A stretch of 64,000 nt of DNA, taken from the NCBI GenBank assembly GCA_052279835.1, contig CP181291.1, positions 448,001 through 512,000 on the forward strand. Direction: 5' to 3'. The stretch comes from Microcoleus sp. Lineage in GTDB: Bacteria; Cyanobacteriota; Cyanobacteriia; Cyanobacteriales; Microcoleaceae. Both the position numbers and the translations under genes were made by a program. The notes under the pieces were generated by a model. It saw only the letters and a list, made by a program, of their open reading frames with translations, was not told the DNA's origin and did no database searches. Each line of letters starts with the position of its first letter. Within the stretch, counting starts at the first letter, position 1. Positions 1 to 11,014 of this stretch are shown here, piece by piece.

Positions 1-987
1 CAAGCAGGTGATATTGTGGCGATCGTCGGCATGAAAAACGTCCGCACCGGACACACCATCTGCGACCCCAAAAATCCCGCCACCCTAGAACCCATGGTGT
101 TCCCAGAACCCGTGATTTCCATTTCGGTCAAACCGAAACAAAAAGGCGGCGAAGAAAAAATGGGAGCAGCCCTCACCAAAATGGTGCAAGAAGACCCATC
201 CTTCCACATGGTCACAGATCAAGAGAGCGGCGAAACCATTCTCAAAGGCATGGGAGAACTCCACCTCGACATCAAAGTAGACATTCTCAAGCGCACCCAC
301 GGCATCGAAGTAGAAGTTGGCGAACCCCAAGTAGCCTACCGCGAGTCGATTACCAAGCGCCTAGAAGACGACTACACCCACAAAAAGCAATCCGGTGGTT
401 CTGGTCAATTCGCCAAAATCGGCTACGTCATCGAGCCCGGTGAGCCTGGAAGTGGCTTCCAGTTTGAGTCAAAAGTGACCGGTGGTAGTGTACCGAGAGA
501 ATATTGGCCAGCGGTCGAAAAAGGCTTTGAAAGCTGCATTGACAAAGGTGTCTTGGCTGGATTCCCTTGCTTAGACTTGAAATTCACCCTCCTAGAAGGT
601 GGTTTCCACCCCGTTGACTCCTCAGCCATGGCCTTTGAAATTGCAGCCAAAGCAGCCTATCGACAATCCCTCCCCAAAGCAGGGCCTCAATTGCTCGAAC
701 CAATTATGAACGTCGATGTATTCACCCCAGATGACTACATGGGCGACGTCATCGGCGACCTCAACCGCCGCCGGGGGATGATGAAATCTCAAGAAACAGG
801 ACAGACAGGAGCACGGATCAAGGCAGACGTGCCCTTGAGCGAAATGTTTGGCTACATCAGCGACTTGCGTACCATGACTTCTGGGCGCGGACAATTCTCC
901 ATGTCCTTCTCTCACTATGCTCCTTGTCCCAGCAACATCGCTGAAGAAGTGATCAAGCAAGCCAAAGAGCGTCAAGCTGCCAAGTAG
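1..987 (+). CDS. fusA: Elongation factor G, C-terminal part (starts before the window); probably a secondary EF-G paralog
   Basis: EF-G domain III-V motifs ([52 protein letters not shown]). Followed by a hairpin rather than tufA, so probably not the str-operon copy. Confidence 0.93.
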   Translation, partial: QAGDIVAIVGMKNVRTGHTICDPKNPATLEPMVFPEPVISISVKPKQKGGEEKMGAALTKMVQEDPSFHMVTDQESGETILKGMGELHLDIKVDILKRTHGIEVEVGEPQVAYRESITKRLEDDYTHKKQSGGSGQFAKIGYVIEPGEPGSGFQFESKVTGGSVPREYWPAVEKGFESCIDKGVLAGFPCLDLKFTLLEGGFHPVDSSAMAFEIAAKAAYRQSLPKAGPQLLEPIMNVDVFTPDDYMGDVIGDLNRRRGMMKSQETGQTGARIKADVPLSEMFGYISDLRTMTSGRGQFSMSFSHYAPCPSNIAEEVIKQAKERQAAK

Positions 988-1033
988 TACATTTGACTCC
1001 TCGTAGCATCTATCTGGAGTCAAAAAGAACATT

Positions 1034-1074
1034 TAAATCCCCAACTTATTGAAAAAGTCGGGGATTTAATTTTT
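1034..1074 (+). terminator. Hairpin downstream of fusA, possible terminator or REP-like element
   Basis: TAAATCCCC...GGGGATTTA inverted repeat followed by a T-rich run; a similar hairpin core occurs at 57014-57048. Confidence 0.5.
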
Positions 1075-1117
1075 GTAAACTATCGGTTAGAATAAGTCAA
1101 AAAAATAGTAGGAATAA

Positions 1118-1221
1118 TATCAAATCCTATCTTCATCGTCCTGTATTAATCTCTCTCTTCTCTTCCTTCGCGTCATGAGCGCCTTCGTGGTTAAATCATT
1201 CCGATACAACCGGAATTGATA
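1118..1221. mobile_element. MITE-like dispersed repeat (family A)
   Basis: Ends TATCAAATCC...GGAATTGATA form an imperfect terminal inverted repeat. Near-identical copy at about 37003-37134; related reverse-oriented sequence at about 27401-27487. Confidence 0.6.
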
Positions 1222-1253
1222 TTACTGGCTGATTCGACCTATACTGAAACAGG

Positions 1254-1856
1254 TCATGCTTCCCCGACTCCTAAAACTTGTGCTACGGTGAGTTTTAGAT
1301 CGGGAAAAGTCGTCGATGCGATCGCATTGCTTCCTTGAAAAACAGCTTCTTCATACAGTCCATCTACCCATATCAGCACGGTAATTTTTGCTTGACTGGG
1401 GTCAACGATCCAGTATTCAGGAATTCCCCGTGCGGCATATTCCGATCGCTTGTAGCGGTAGTCTCGATCTTCATTCACTTTACCCGGAGAAACCACCTCA
1501 ACCACTAATGCAGGTGGTGGCATATCCTGCGTAATTGTAGCTCGTTTGCCATCGATCGCCGCGAATAATTCTTCTGTTAATATCATCAAATCTGGCAAAC
1601 GAACACGAGTCCGTTGACCCGTTACCACAATCTCCGTATCTTTGCAACAGATCAGATAAAAAGGAACGAGCTTGAGAAATTCTGACAGCAAATAAATGGC
1701 AATTCGGTTATTTCGATTCGTTTCTGGAGGCATTTCAACTAATTCTCCGTCTATGAGTTCATATTTGGTGTCTGTCCCATCGTCATAAACAAGGTATTCT
1801 TCTAGTGTGAGTTTTTTAGTCGCTGTGGTTGTCGTCATGGCGATCGCCCTTACCAA
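1254..1856 (-). CDS. Uma2 family endonuclease (DUF820)
   Basis: [44 protein letters not shown] motifs. Confidence 0.9.
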   Translation of the reverse strand: MVRAIAMTTTTATKKLTLEEYLVYDDGTDTKYELIDGELVEMPPETNRNNRIAIYLLSEFLKLVPFYLICCKDTEIVVTGQRTRVRLPDLMILTEELFAAIDGKRATITQDMPPPALVVEVVSPGKVNEDRDYRYKRSEYAARGIPEYWIVDPSQAKITVLIWVDGLYEEAVFQGSNAIASTTFPDLKLTVAQVLGVGEA

Positions 1857-2114
1857 TCTCTATATTTAAACCTACGTCAATTATACTGTTCAGTCCCACA
1901 TCCTGCCTAATTCATGATTGAATCCAGATTTTTCAATCTTTAATTTGAACAGGACTTGGGTCTTAAGTAACGGAGGAGACGGCAGTGCCGTCTTCTGATT
2001 TCAGGTAATCTTAAGGACGATGCTACCGGATTTGAGATAAGTCCTGTTTATTTTTTCTAATCCTGTGATAATAATTAAAAAGCTACACTAAATTATTACT
2101 TAACGGGAATTTGA

Positions 2115-3701
2115 ATGAACGTTTTGCTTGTCTATCCGCAATTTCCCAAAAGTTTCTGGTCTTTTGAGAAAACGTTAGCTTTACTCAATCGATCGGCAAT
2201 GTTGCCACCTCTAGGTTTAGTCACAGTAGCTGCCATTCTGCCACAAGATTGGCAATTTAAGTTAGTCGATCGCAACGTGCGTCAAGTTACCGAAGCCGAA
2301 TGGGCCTGGACAGACTTAGTGATTCTGTCCGCAATGATTGTCCAAAAAGAAGATTTACTCTTCCAAATTCAGGAAGCCAAGCAGAGAAATAAGCAAGTCG
2401 CCGTAGGTGGCCCCTATCCCACAGCATTACCCGACGAAGCAAAAACGGCTGGTGCAGATTATCTAATTTTAGATGAAGGTGAAATTACCTTACCATTATT
2501 TGTTGAGGCGATCGCCAACGGAGTCACTTCAGGCATCTTCCGAGCAGGTGGCGAAAGACCCGATGTCACCGGCACACCAATCCCCAGATTCGACTTACTA
2601 GAATTTGAAGCCTACGCCGAAATGTCAGTGCAATTCTCACGAGGTTGTCCCTTCCAGTGCGAATTTTGTGACATTATCGTCCTCTACGGTCGCAAACCAC
2701 GAACCAAAAACCCGGAGCAGATAATCGCAGAACTCGATCGCCTATATGAACTCGGTTGGCGGCGTAGCATTTTCATGGTTGATGACAACTTCATCGGCAA
2801 CAAACGCAACGTCAAACTATTCCTAAAAGAACTTCTACCCTGGATGGTAGAACATCAATATCCATTTTCCTTTGCCACAGAAGCTTCCGTAGATTTAGCC
2901 AACGACCAAGAATTGATGGATGCCATGGTCGCCTGTAACTTTGGTTCTGTCTTTTTAGGCATTGAAACACCAGATGAAGAAAGCCTAGCCCTGACTCAAA
3001 AATACCAAAATACCAGGAGTTCTCTCAGCGAAGCCGTGGAGAGAATCACTCGCACAGGTATACGAGTAATGGCAGGATTCATCATTGGATTTGATGGAGA
3101 AAAGCCAGGAGCAGGTGCACGAATTGTCCAGTTTGTAGAGCAAACATCAATTCCCACAGCTCTGTTTAGTATGCTGCAAGCCCTTCCTGATACAGCACTC
3201 TGGCATCGGTTAGCAAAGGAAGGAAGATTACGCAAAGAATCCGCTAATATCAATCAGACAACTTTAATGAACTTTGTGCCGACAAGACCCCTCGAAGACA
3301 TTGCTCAGGAGTATATTGAAGCATTCTGGGAATTATACGATCCAAAGCGTTTTCTCGATCGCACTTACCGCCACTATCGCCTTTTAGGAGAAGCAACCTA
3401 TCCCAAAAAAGGCAAAGGTAGTAGCAAAAAAGTTAACTGGGTCACAATCCGGGCGCTACTGACAATTTGCTGGCGACAAGGCGTACTGCGCAGCACACGC
3501 TGGCAATTTTGGAGCCATTTGTTCAGTATGTACTACCATAACCCCGGTGGTGTCAGCAGCTATCTCTCCGTTTGCGCCCAAATCGAGCATTTCTTCGAGT
3601 ATCGCCAGATTGTCCGCGATGAAATTGAAGCACAAGTGGCTGAGTTTCTAGCAGCTAAAGTTGAACCAATTAACTCAGAGGAAAAAATGGCAGTGATGTG
3701 A
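2115..3701 (+). CDS. B12-binding radical SAM protein with DUF4070 C-terminus (HpnP/hopanoid methylase-like family)
   Basis: N-terminal cobalamin-binding region (PPLGL, GGPYPT), CxxxCxxC (CPFQCEFC), DDNFIGN motif. Confidence 0.85.
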   Translation: MNVLLVYPQFPKSFWSFEKTLALLNRSAMLPPLGLVTVAAILPQDWQFKLVDRNVRQVTEAEWAWTDLVILSAMIVQKEDLLFQIQEAKQRNKQVAVGGPYPTALPDEAKTAGADYLILDEGEITLPLFVEAIANGVTSGIFRAGGERPDVTGTPIPRFDLLEFEAYAEMSVQFSRGCPFQCEFCDIIVLYGRKPRTKNPEQIIAELDRLYELGWRRSIFMVDDNFIGNKRNVKLFLKELLPWMVEHQYPFSFATEASVDLANDQELMDAMVACNFGSVFLGIETPDEESLALTQKYQNTRSSLSEAVERITRTGIRVMAGFIIGFDGEKPGAGARIVQFVEQTSIPTALFSMLQALPDTALWHRLAKEGRLRKESANINQTTLMNFVPTRPLEDIAQEYIEAFWELYDPKRFLDRTYRHYRLLGEATYPKKGKGSSKKVNWVTIRALLTICWRQGVLRSTRWQFWSHLFSMYYHNPGGVSSYLSVCAQIEHFFEYRQIVRDEIEAQVAEFLAAKVEPINSEEKMAVM

Positions 3702-3782
3702 ACAATTAGACTAGGGAGCGCTTACACCCATAAGTTATAGCGCCCTACGCAAAGAATTCACGTCGATTTGGGTGCTAGTCAG

Positions 3783-3806
3783 AGCCAAAGCTCTGGCTTT
3801 TTTTTT
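3783..3806 (+). terminator. Intrinsic terminator after the radical SAM gene
   Basis: AGCCA-loop-TGGCT hairpin followed by a long T run. Confidence 0.6.
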
Positions 3807-4048
3807 GACATCAAGTTATTGGATGTTTACTTAAGTAAGTGTCACCAAAAAAATACACTAACCTCTGATAAAATACACTTACAAATAAACACTTACACCA
3901 TCACTCAAAATTATGACTAACCATCCCAGCAAAAATTGTGATATGATACATTTAATTTTTACTGTCAAAATTTTTGTTTCAATAAATAATTGCTCGATTG
4001 CGATCGATTATTAACAATAAGCGATCGGTATAATTGGAGGCACTTCAA

Positions 4049-4600
4049 ATGTATGGTTTAGTTAATCGCGCGATTCAAGACATGGTATGCGATCTGTTTG
4101 ATGAAGCTACTTGGGAAAAAATCAAACAGAAAGCGGAAGTTATAGAGCAGCAATTTCTGATTTTAGAAGCTTATCCCGATGATTTGACTCATCGTCTAGT
4201 TAAATCTGCTAGCCAAGAGCTTGGCTTATCTAGTGCAGAAGTTATGCAAGCTTTTGGTGAATATTGGGTTAAATTTACGGCTACTGCGGGTTATCAAGAA
4301 ATACTAGATATGGCGGGAGATACATTACCGGAATTTCTCGAAAATCTCGATGATTTACATACTCGGATTGGGGTGCAATTCCCTAAGTTGCAACCACCAT
4401 CTTTTGAATGTACAGAAGTTTCCGAAAATGTGATAGACCTGCATTATCAGTCTACACGGGAAGGTCTGGCACCCATGGTAGTCGGGTTAGTCAAGGGTTT
4501 GGGCGATCGCTTCCACACAGCAGTTGATATCACCCAAACTGAATCCCGTGAAGCAGGATGCGAACGTGACACATTTCGGATTGAATACAGAGCCGAATAG
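4049..4600 (+). CDS. H-NOX (heme nitric oxide/oxygen binding) sensor protein
   Basis: Typical start MYGLVNRAIQDMV after a GGAGG RBS; proximal His in LDDLHTRI, PPSF and YxSxR (YQSTR) heme motif. Confidence 0.92.
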   Translation: MYGLVNRAIQDMVCDLFDEATWEKIKQKAEVIEQQFLILEAYPDDLTHRLVKSASQELGLSSAEVMQAFGEYWVKFTATAGYQEILDMAGDTLPEFLENLDDLHTRIGVQFPKLQPPSFECTEVSENVIDLHYQSTREGLAPMVVGLVKGLGDRFHTAVDITQTESREAGCERDTFRIEYRAE

Positions 4601-4614
4601 ACTGCAAAATATTC

Positions 4615-6015
4615 ATGAATAAGCCACTGTATACACTGAATCCCCAGACTTTTTGTGAGCTATTTCCCTTTCATCTAGGATTTAATCACAATCTGGAAAT
4701 TGTCCAGGTTGGCGAGGTATTACAACGGACTCATCAAATCACATTATTAGGTGAAAAAATAGATCGGCATTTTCAAATTCATCAGCCAGCGATCGCCTTT
4801 GACATTTTAAATATTCAGAAAAAAATCAAATCATTATTTATTCTAGAATCGAAGCATAACTCTCTAAGATTAAAGGGGCAAATGGTCGCTCTGAATGAGG
4901 AACAGGTGATCCTGTTTATTTGCTCTGTGTGGAATCCAGACTCAAGCCTGCTATCCAAATTAGCTGTCAAGTTGAAAGACTTTGCAATTCACGATCTGAC
5001 TCCCGATTTTTTATTTTTGCAAAAAACTAGCCAAACGGCTATTCGGGAAGTTCAAAGCTTGACGGAAGAATTAACTCAGCAGAAAATTCAGATTCAAGCA
5101 TCACTAGAAGTGCAGAAAGAACTGACATCTTTATCCCAAAATCAAGCACAACATTTAAAACAGGCTTTGAGTAATATTAAGGAAACACAATCACAGCTAA
5201 TTCAAGCAGAGAAAATGTCAAGCTTAGGTATGTTAGTCGCCGGAATAGCCCATGAGATAAATAATCCGGTAACTTTTATTCATGGTAATTTGAGATATCT
5301 GCAAGAATACGTAGAAAGTCTGCTCAAATTATTACAGCTTTATCAAAAATACTATCCGCAACCCCCATCAGAAATCGCAACAGAAGCGGATATAATTGAT
5401 CTGGTTTTTTTAGAAACTGACCTTCCCAAATTACTAAATTCTATCAAAATTGGCACGGAACGCATCTGCAAAATTGTAGATTCTCTCAAAAATTTTTCCC
5501 GCCATGATGAAGCGAAAAAGAAAGCTGTAGATATTCATTCTGGCATTGATAGCACTTTGTTGATTTTACAGCATCGGCTGAAAGCTTATGGTAAAAATGC
5601 CGAGATTCAAGTGATTAAACAATATGGTGAATTACCCTTAATCAATTGCTACGCTTCGTCAATTAATCAGGTATTTATGAATATTATCAGTAATAGCATA
5701 GATGCTTTGCGAGATGCAGAGGAAAACTGTGCTGACTGGAATCAAGAACCTACCATTGTGATTCGGACTTTAGTCAATGATATTCAGAATTTGGTAGTGA
5801 GGATTGCTGACAATGGTATGGGTATGGAACAATCGGCGATGGATAAAATATTTGACCCATTTTTTACAACGAAGCCCGTGGGAAAGGGTACGGGTTTGGG
5901 ATTGTCAATTAGCTATGGGATTGTGGTGGAAAAACACGGGGGTAAGTTAAGCTGTATTTCTGCACCGGGAGAGGGGGCAGAATTTGCGATCGAAATTCCG
6001 CTGTTAAATTCCTAA
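4615..6015 (+). CDS. Histidine kinase with N-terminal HNOBA/PAS-like region
   Basis: FCELFPFHL...LRLKGQM...DFAIHD (HNOB-associated), H-box AGIAHEINNP, N/G boxes (QVFMNIISNS, DNGMG, GTGLGL); starts 14 nt after H-NOX. Confidence 0.9.
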   Translation: MNKPLYTLNPQTFCELFPFHLGFNHNLEIVQVGEVLQRTHQITLLGEKIDRHFQIHQPAIAFDILNIQKKIKSLFILESKHNSLRLKGQMVALNEEQVILFICSVWNPDSSLLSKLAVKLKDFAIHDLTPDFLFLQKTSQTAIREVQSLTEELTQQKIQIQASLEVQKELTSLSQNQAQHLKQALSNIKETQSQLIQAEKMSSLGMLVAGIAHEINNPVTFIHGNLRYLQEYVESLLKLLQLYQKYYPQPPSEIATEADIIDLVFLETDLPKLLNSIKIGTERICKIVDSLKNFSRHDEAKKKAVDIHSGIDSTLLILQHRLKAYGKNAEIQVIKQYGELPLINCYASSINQVFMNIISNSIDALRDAEENCADWNQEPTIVIRTLVNDIQNLVVRIADNGMGMEQSAMDKIFDPFFTTKPVGKGTGLGLSISYGIVVEKHGGKLSCISAPGEGAEFAIEIPLLNS

Positions 6016-6157
6016 TTCTGGCACTTGTTTATTGCTGTGTGGTTGAGATTAATTGGTTGGATAAAATATAAAAAATGAGGGTAGTGCCACCAGATATACT
6101 TGGATTTAGGCAAAGGTTTCAATCTATGTTATAATTAATCAAAGTTGAGGAATCATT

Positions 6158-6274
6158 ATGTCAAAAGAAAGAAAAAGTAACAAAGAAGTCAAAAAGCCAA
6201 AGAAACAGCCTGATGGTGTTGCTAAGCCGAAAAATGACAACAAAAATTATGGTAGTACAGAAGGCCGCAAGTAG
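6158..6274 (+). CDS. Small lysine-rich protein (38 aa), not in the ORF track
   Basis: MSKERKSNKEVKKPKKQPDGVAKPKNDNKNYGSTEGRK; GAGG RBS 7 nt upstream; extended -10 TGTTATAAT at 6127-6135. Confidence 0.6.
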   Translation: MSKERKSNKEVKKPKKQPDGVAKPKNDNKNYGSTEGRK

Positions 6275-6459
6275 AGATAGCTGCCACTCTCGAACTTGCG
6301 CTTAATGTTGTTCAATTTTCATTGTTGCCATTAGTAACAGAGATCGCGCCACGTTTCCAGGATATTCAGTATCAATTTATGTTTGATCAGACCTAGGTGG
6401 CGATCGCAACAGGGAGCGGCATTTGCGACTGAAATTCCGCTATAGTTAAAATTTAAAGT

Positions 6460-7368
6460 TCAACCAGTAGCAGCAATTGTGATTGTGTCCGTTTCCCAAG
6501 TTGCGACAGCACCCGCAGCAGTTAAACAGAAATAGCCACTGGCAGATTCCGACACTGTGGCTCCGGCTAACTGAGTACCCTCAAAGTTCGCTCCGATTAA
6601 GGTAGCTCCCCTCAAGTCAGCTTCGCTCAAGTCGGCGTAGCACAGCCTGGCCCAATCGAGATTGGCTTGGACCAAAGAAACTCCCGCCAAATTCGCCCTG
6701 GTTAAATTTGCTCCCGTCAACTTGACATTCCGCAACTGAGCTCCCGTGAGATTGGCTGCTTCCAAATTTGAGCCTTCCAAGTTGACACCGTTGAGTTTTG
6801 CTTCGCTGAGATTGACACCATTGAGATCGGTTCCACTCAAATCGATGCCGTTGATGTATGCTTTTTTCAGACAGATGCCCGTGAGTTGGGCTCCAAAGAG
6901 CATCGCACCGCTGAGTTTTGCCCCCCCTAAGTTTGCCCAGTTAAGGTTTGAGCCGGTCAGATTCGCCCCCCGTAGGTTGACGAATTGCAGGTCGCCATTA
7001 CACAAATTGGCATTCCAGAGGATGGCACTCCGCAGGTTGCTACCGATGAGTAGAACGCCACTGAGTCGCGCTCTGGGCAGTTTTGCTTTGACGAGGAAAG
7101 CTCCGCTGAGATTGGCTTTGGTCAAATCGGAGTCCGCTAGTCGGACTTCGCCCATTTTGGCAAAACTGAGATTTGCCCTGTGAAGGTTAGCACCGCTGAG
7201 TTGTGCTTTGGTGAGAACAGCCCTGCTCAGGTTCGCCCCGACAAGATTAGCCTTTGAAAGGTTTACTCCAACTAAGATGGCTCCACTGAGGTTGGCTCCA
7301 CTGAGGTTGGCTCCTGCAAAGTCTCTTTTGCCATTTTCATAGTCTTTGAGCAGCTCGGTTACTTCCAT
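6460..7368 (-). CDS. Pentapeptide repeat protein
   Basis: Long A(N/D)Lxx pentapeptide array; N-terminal YENGKRDF cap. Confidence 0.92.
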   Translation of the reverse strand: MEVTELLKDYENGKRDFAGANLSGANLSGAILVGVNLSKANLVGANLSRAVLTKAQLSGANLHRANLSFAKMGEVRLADSDLTKANLSGAFLVKAKLPRARLSGVLLIGSNLRSAILWNANLCNGDLQFVNLRGANLTGSNLNWANLGGAKLSGAMLFGAQLTGICLKKAYINGIDLSGTDLNGVNLSEAKLNGVNLEGSNLEAANLTGAQLRNVKLTGANLTRANLAGVSLVQANLDWARLCYADLSEADLRGATLIGANFEGTQLAGATVSESASGYFCLTAAGAVATWETDTITIAATG

Positions 7369-7564
7369 AGAAGTCTCATCTCGAAATATGAACTATTGCT
7401 AAAAATTTTATATCTAAATTTTATACCTAATCGAGTTATGGCGATCGCACTTGGCACAATTCTGAAAATTAACTTGATATTTCTCAATATATATTGTTTT
7501 TTGTTATCTTTTATTAAGAATTTAGTAACAATTTTGTGGGCAAACTACCCAAAATTTAGTGAGA

Positions 7565-7695
7565 TAAGTAAGTCCACTTAATTAAACGTAAGATACAGGT
7601 GGCTAAAAAGCTTGCTGTATGAGCCTTCTTCACATCAATCTTCCCCCCTTGGGGGGGGCAGGGGGGGGTGACTTCTTCCTTCTTCCTTCTACTTA
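7565..7695. mobile_element. MITE-like dispersed repeat (family B)
   Basis: TAAGTAAG...CTACTTA termini; reverse-complement copy at 50860-50995; contains the C6-TT-G8 palindrome. Confidence 0.65.
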
Positions 7696-7709
7696 GTAGC
7701 CCACATCGC

Positions 7710-8387
7710 TCACAGGGAAATCTGTGTCACCGCAATATTGCCACCAAAACAGACATCCACATCAGTACCCGGTGCCCGATCGCGCTTGCTGTATTCACCC
7801 ACATAATTAAAGTATTCTCCCTCCTGGCGATATACCAGCGGCAAAGGCTCAGTAGAAGGGCGACAAAACACAATTTCCGGTTCCGCACTTCCGGGTGCTA
7901 AATGTGGGAAATTCACATTCCAGAAACAACCAGATTTGGGTTCGCGATTGAGCAAATCCGCCAACACCCGCGATGTCCAACGAGTAGCCACTTCCCAGTC
8001 TATCTCCCAAGGTCTTTTAATCCAGTGGGAAATCGCCACACCAGGAATCCCGTGCATCGCCGCTTCCCGCACAGCGGCAACGGTACCAGAAAGGTAGACA
8101 TCAACGCCCAAATTACCGCCTGCATTAATACCGGAAAGTACCAAATCGGGTTTTGGACACAGGTGATTGAGGGCGAGGCGAACGCAGTCTGCCGGTGTTC
8201 CCCCTACAGCATACTCGACGGACGATCGGCGATCGACATGAATCGGACTGTGAGCAGTCACCTGGTGTCCACAGCCAGACAATTGCCCTTGAGGAGCCAC
8301 CACAATCGCCTTGCCGTTTACCGCCTGCAAAAGAGCCTGAATGCCTGGAGCATCTATGCCGTCGTCGTTGGTTAAAATTATGGTCAT
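7710..8387 (-). CDS. surE: 5'/3'-nucleotidase SurE
   Basis: LTNDDGIDAPG, GTPADCV, SGINAGGNLG, SGTVAA motifs. Confidence 0.93.
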   Translation of the reverse strand: MTIILTNDDGIDAPGIQALLQAVNGKAIVVAPQGQLSGCGHQVTAHSPIHVDRRSSVEYAVGGTPADCVRLALNHLCPKPDLVLSGINAGGNLGVDVYLSGTVAAVREAAMHGIPGVAISHWIKRPWEIDWEVATRWTSRVLADLLNREPKSGCFWNVNFPHLAPGSAEPEIVFCRPSTEPLPLVYRQEGEYFNYVGEYSKRDRAPGTDVDVCFGGNIAVTQISL

Positions 8388-8735
8388 TGGTTATTACTTA
8401 TTGGTTATTAGTTATTGGTTATTGGTTATTGGTTATTTGTCTGTATTCCCCCCTTGGGGGGGGGTAGGGGGGGGTTGCCCAATACCCCTTGGTGTCAACT
8501 TAAGCTCAAACCTAGTCACAGATGGCTGTTTGACTATTAAGGCCAGATCCCCCCTAGCCGAGAGCCGAGAGGGCGGGCACGGGGGCACCGCCCCTACAGA
8601 AGGGGGGGACAGAGGGGGGGTGGGGATGCGTGGGGGGTCTTGCAGTCGTCTATAAACAAAAGATACAAAGGATTTCAGGCGATTGTTGACACCAATGCCC
8701 AATGCCCAATGCGCGATGCCCCATGCCCAATGCCC
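8387..8735. repeat. Heptamer short tandem repeats and GC-rich palindromic element
   Basis: (TTGGTTA)n at about 8387-8437, (CCCAATG)n at about 8690-8733, CCCCCCTTGGGGGGGG at about 8447. Confidence 0.7.
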
Positions 8736-8850
8736 TGAAAACATATAATCCCAAAATCATCTGAACACATCACCAACTTGTGGTAAAGTTTTGTGTCGAT
8801 CGCCCGATCGCCAAATATTAACACAAGTTCAGTTAAACGCGCTTACAGTA

Positions 8851-10282
8851 ATGTTTTTGCCAATTTTCCCCCTCGCTCAAACAATCGCCGCACCTCCAAC
8901 CCAACAACAACTGCTCATCCAGCCAGAAACTACCCCTACCGGAAAACGAACTAGATTTACCGCCACAGCCCCGCAGCAGTCCACTGAAAACCGTGATGCA
9001 GCGCCAGCAAGTGCGGGTTTTGCCGGGACAACTCGACAACATCCCGGTTTTCAATAGCAACAGCCCCGAAGTCGTGCAAACCGAAGGCATCTTGCTCTCG
9101 ACATTTCCCCAGGAAGCAAAACAAGTACCTTCGGCGCACTTAGACTTTCCCTTCAAAGGCAGATTTGACATCTTTGCTCACCACATAGCCAAGGCCAAAA
9201 ATCGCGAACAAACTCGCACTTTATTTCAAGGAATAATTGTCTACAATCCGAATGACGAGCCTGTCACTTTGAATATATTGCAAGGAGCGACTTATTTAAC
9301 TCGGCCCGATGCTCTGTTTGTCGATTTGCCTTCCTATTTAGACAATCGATTCGGCACTGTGTTTGCTGGGCCTGGGAGCCGCATCACCAGTGATGTGCTG
9401 CGGGGTTACAGACAAGGGATTTTGCCGGCTGCGATCGAAATTCCAGCCAAGCAGAGCCGAATGCTGATGAATTTGCCCATACCTGTGGGGAATGTCACGC
9501 CTGCTTCTAATGGTCGATCGACTTTAATGCGAGTATCGAGCAGCAATTCGGTTTATGTTGCTAGTTTGGCGATGTTTGCTCCCAAAAATTTCGCCGGAGT
9601 CGAACAATATCCGACGTTAGAACAGTGGGAAAATATTTTAAATACCAAGGGTTTAGCAGGGCCGAGGGATTTAGCACCAACGGCGATCGGCTTAAATCCT
9701 GAGCAAAAAATTTATGGTCGGGTTGCGGGAGTAGCGTCTGGTTCCCAGTGGGAAGCTAAAATTACTGATAGTTCAAAAACCGATTATTTAACTATTCCCA
9801 AACCAGGGGAGGAATTTTCCTATGCCTTGAGCACTACGGATACCGGTACTTTTGGCACTGGTCAAATTCAAAGTGCTAAAATGTTAGCTCGTTATCCCGA
9901 TACGGCTTATTTTGCCCACGGTAATTATGGCATTCAATATAACTTAAGTTTTCCGCTTTATAACAAATCTCGCGAGTCTCAATCTGTGAGTATTAAGATG
10001 CAAACACCGATTAAGGCTAATACAGAATCGGGGGGATTGATGTTTTACGACCCTCCTGAAAATCGCATATTTTTCCGAGGTACGGTGCGGGTAATGTTTA
10101 AGGATGATGGGGGGAAGACTTTGACGCGCTACATTCACATCGTGCAGCGCCGGGGACAGCAGGGGGAACCTTTGGTGAATTTGAATATGAAGCCTGGGGA
10201 AAGGCGTTTGGTGCAGGTGGATTTCTTGTATCCGCCGGATGCGACGCCGCCGCAAGTGTTGACGGTGCGATCGAGCAATTAG
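8851..10282 (+). CDS. DUF3370-like secreted protein; apparent +1 frameshift near 8927-8929
   Basis: LPGQLDNIPVFNSNSPE, HGNYG and FLYPPDATPPQVLT motifs. The leader MFLPIFPLAQ is in another frame and joins the main ORF if one base is removed; exact position uncertain. Confidence 0.75.
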
Positions 10283-10377
10283 TGGATTGTGATTGAGTTA
10301 GGGCGATCGGCCAGTAGGTTGAATCTTACTGGCAATAATGATAAAGTTTATACAACTGCCGAATAAGGAGAATAGTT

Positions 10378-10938
10378 ATGTCTGTTCAGATGCAAAGACG
10401 GCTATTTACAGTGCAAGAATATCACCTCATGGGTGAGGCTGGCATTTTGGGTGAAGATGACCGAGTGGAATTGATCGAAGGAGAAATTGTACAAATGGCT
10501 GCAATTGGTACTCGTCATGCAAGTTGTGTAAAGCGTCTGAACCGTCGTTTTAGCATAATTCCAGAAGAAAGTGCTATTCTGGGTGTTCAAGACCCAATTC
10601 AGTTAACAGAAAGAACTGAACCTCAACCGGATGTTGTATTGCTGCAACCTCGCGCTGACTACTACGCTACTGCACATCCAGTACCATCTGAAGTTTTATT
10701 GTTAGTGGAGGTTTCTGATAGCACTGTTGGTTTCGATCGCGATGTGAAAGTTCCTAACTATGCTCGTTCTGGTATTCAGGAAGTATGGTTGTGGGATCTG
10801 GAGGTTAATTGTTTAGAAGTTTACCGTTGTCCGACGGTAAATGGCTATACTTCAATGCAAAAGTTTGAGCGGGGAGAAACGGTTGCGCCGCTAGCTTTTC
10901 CTGAGTTTGAAGTCAGCGTTGATTTTATTTTGGGTTAG
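10378..10938 (+). CDS. Uma2 family endonuclease, tandem copy 1
   Basis: RVELIEGEIVQM, EPQPD, LLVEVSDS, YARSGIQEVW; AAGGAG RBS. Confidence 0.9.
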   Translation: MSVQMQRRLFTVQEYHLMGEAGILGEDDRVELIEGEIVQMAAIGTRHASCVKRLNRRFSIIPEESAILGVQDPIQLTERTEPQPDVVLLQPRADYYATAHPVPSEVLLLVEVSDSTVGFDRDVKVPNYARSGIQEVWLWDLEVNCLEVYRCPTVNGYTSMQKFERGETVAPLAFPEFEVSVDFILG

Positions 10939-11014
10939 AGGGATATAGAAGTAGATAGAATATTATAAGTAAAAAGAGTGAACTTAGGCTAACTGCCGAA
11001 TAAGGAGAATAGTT

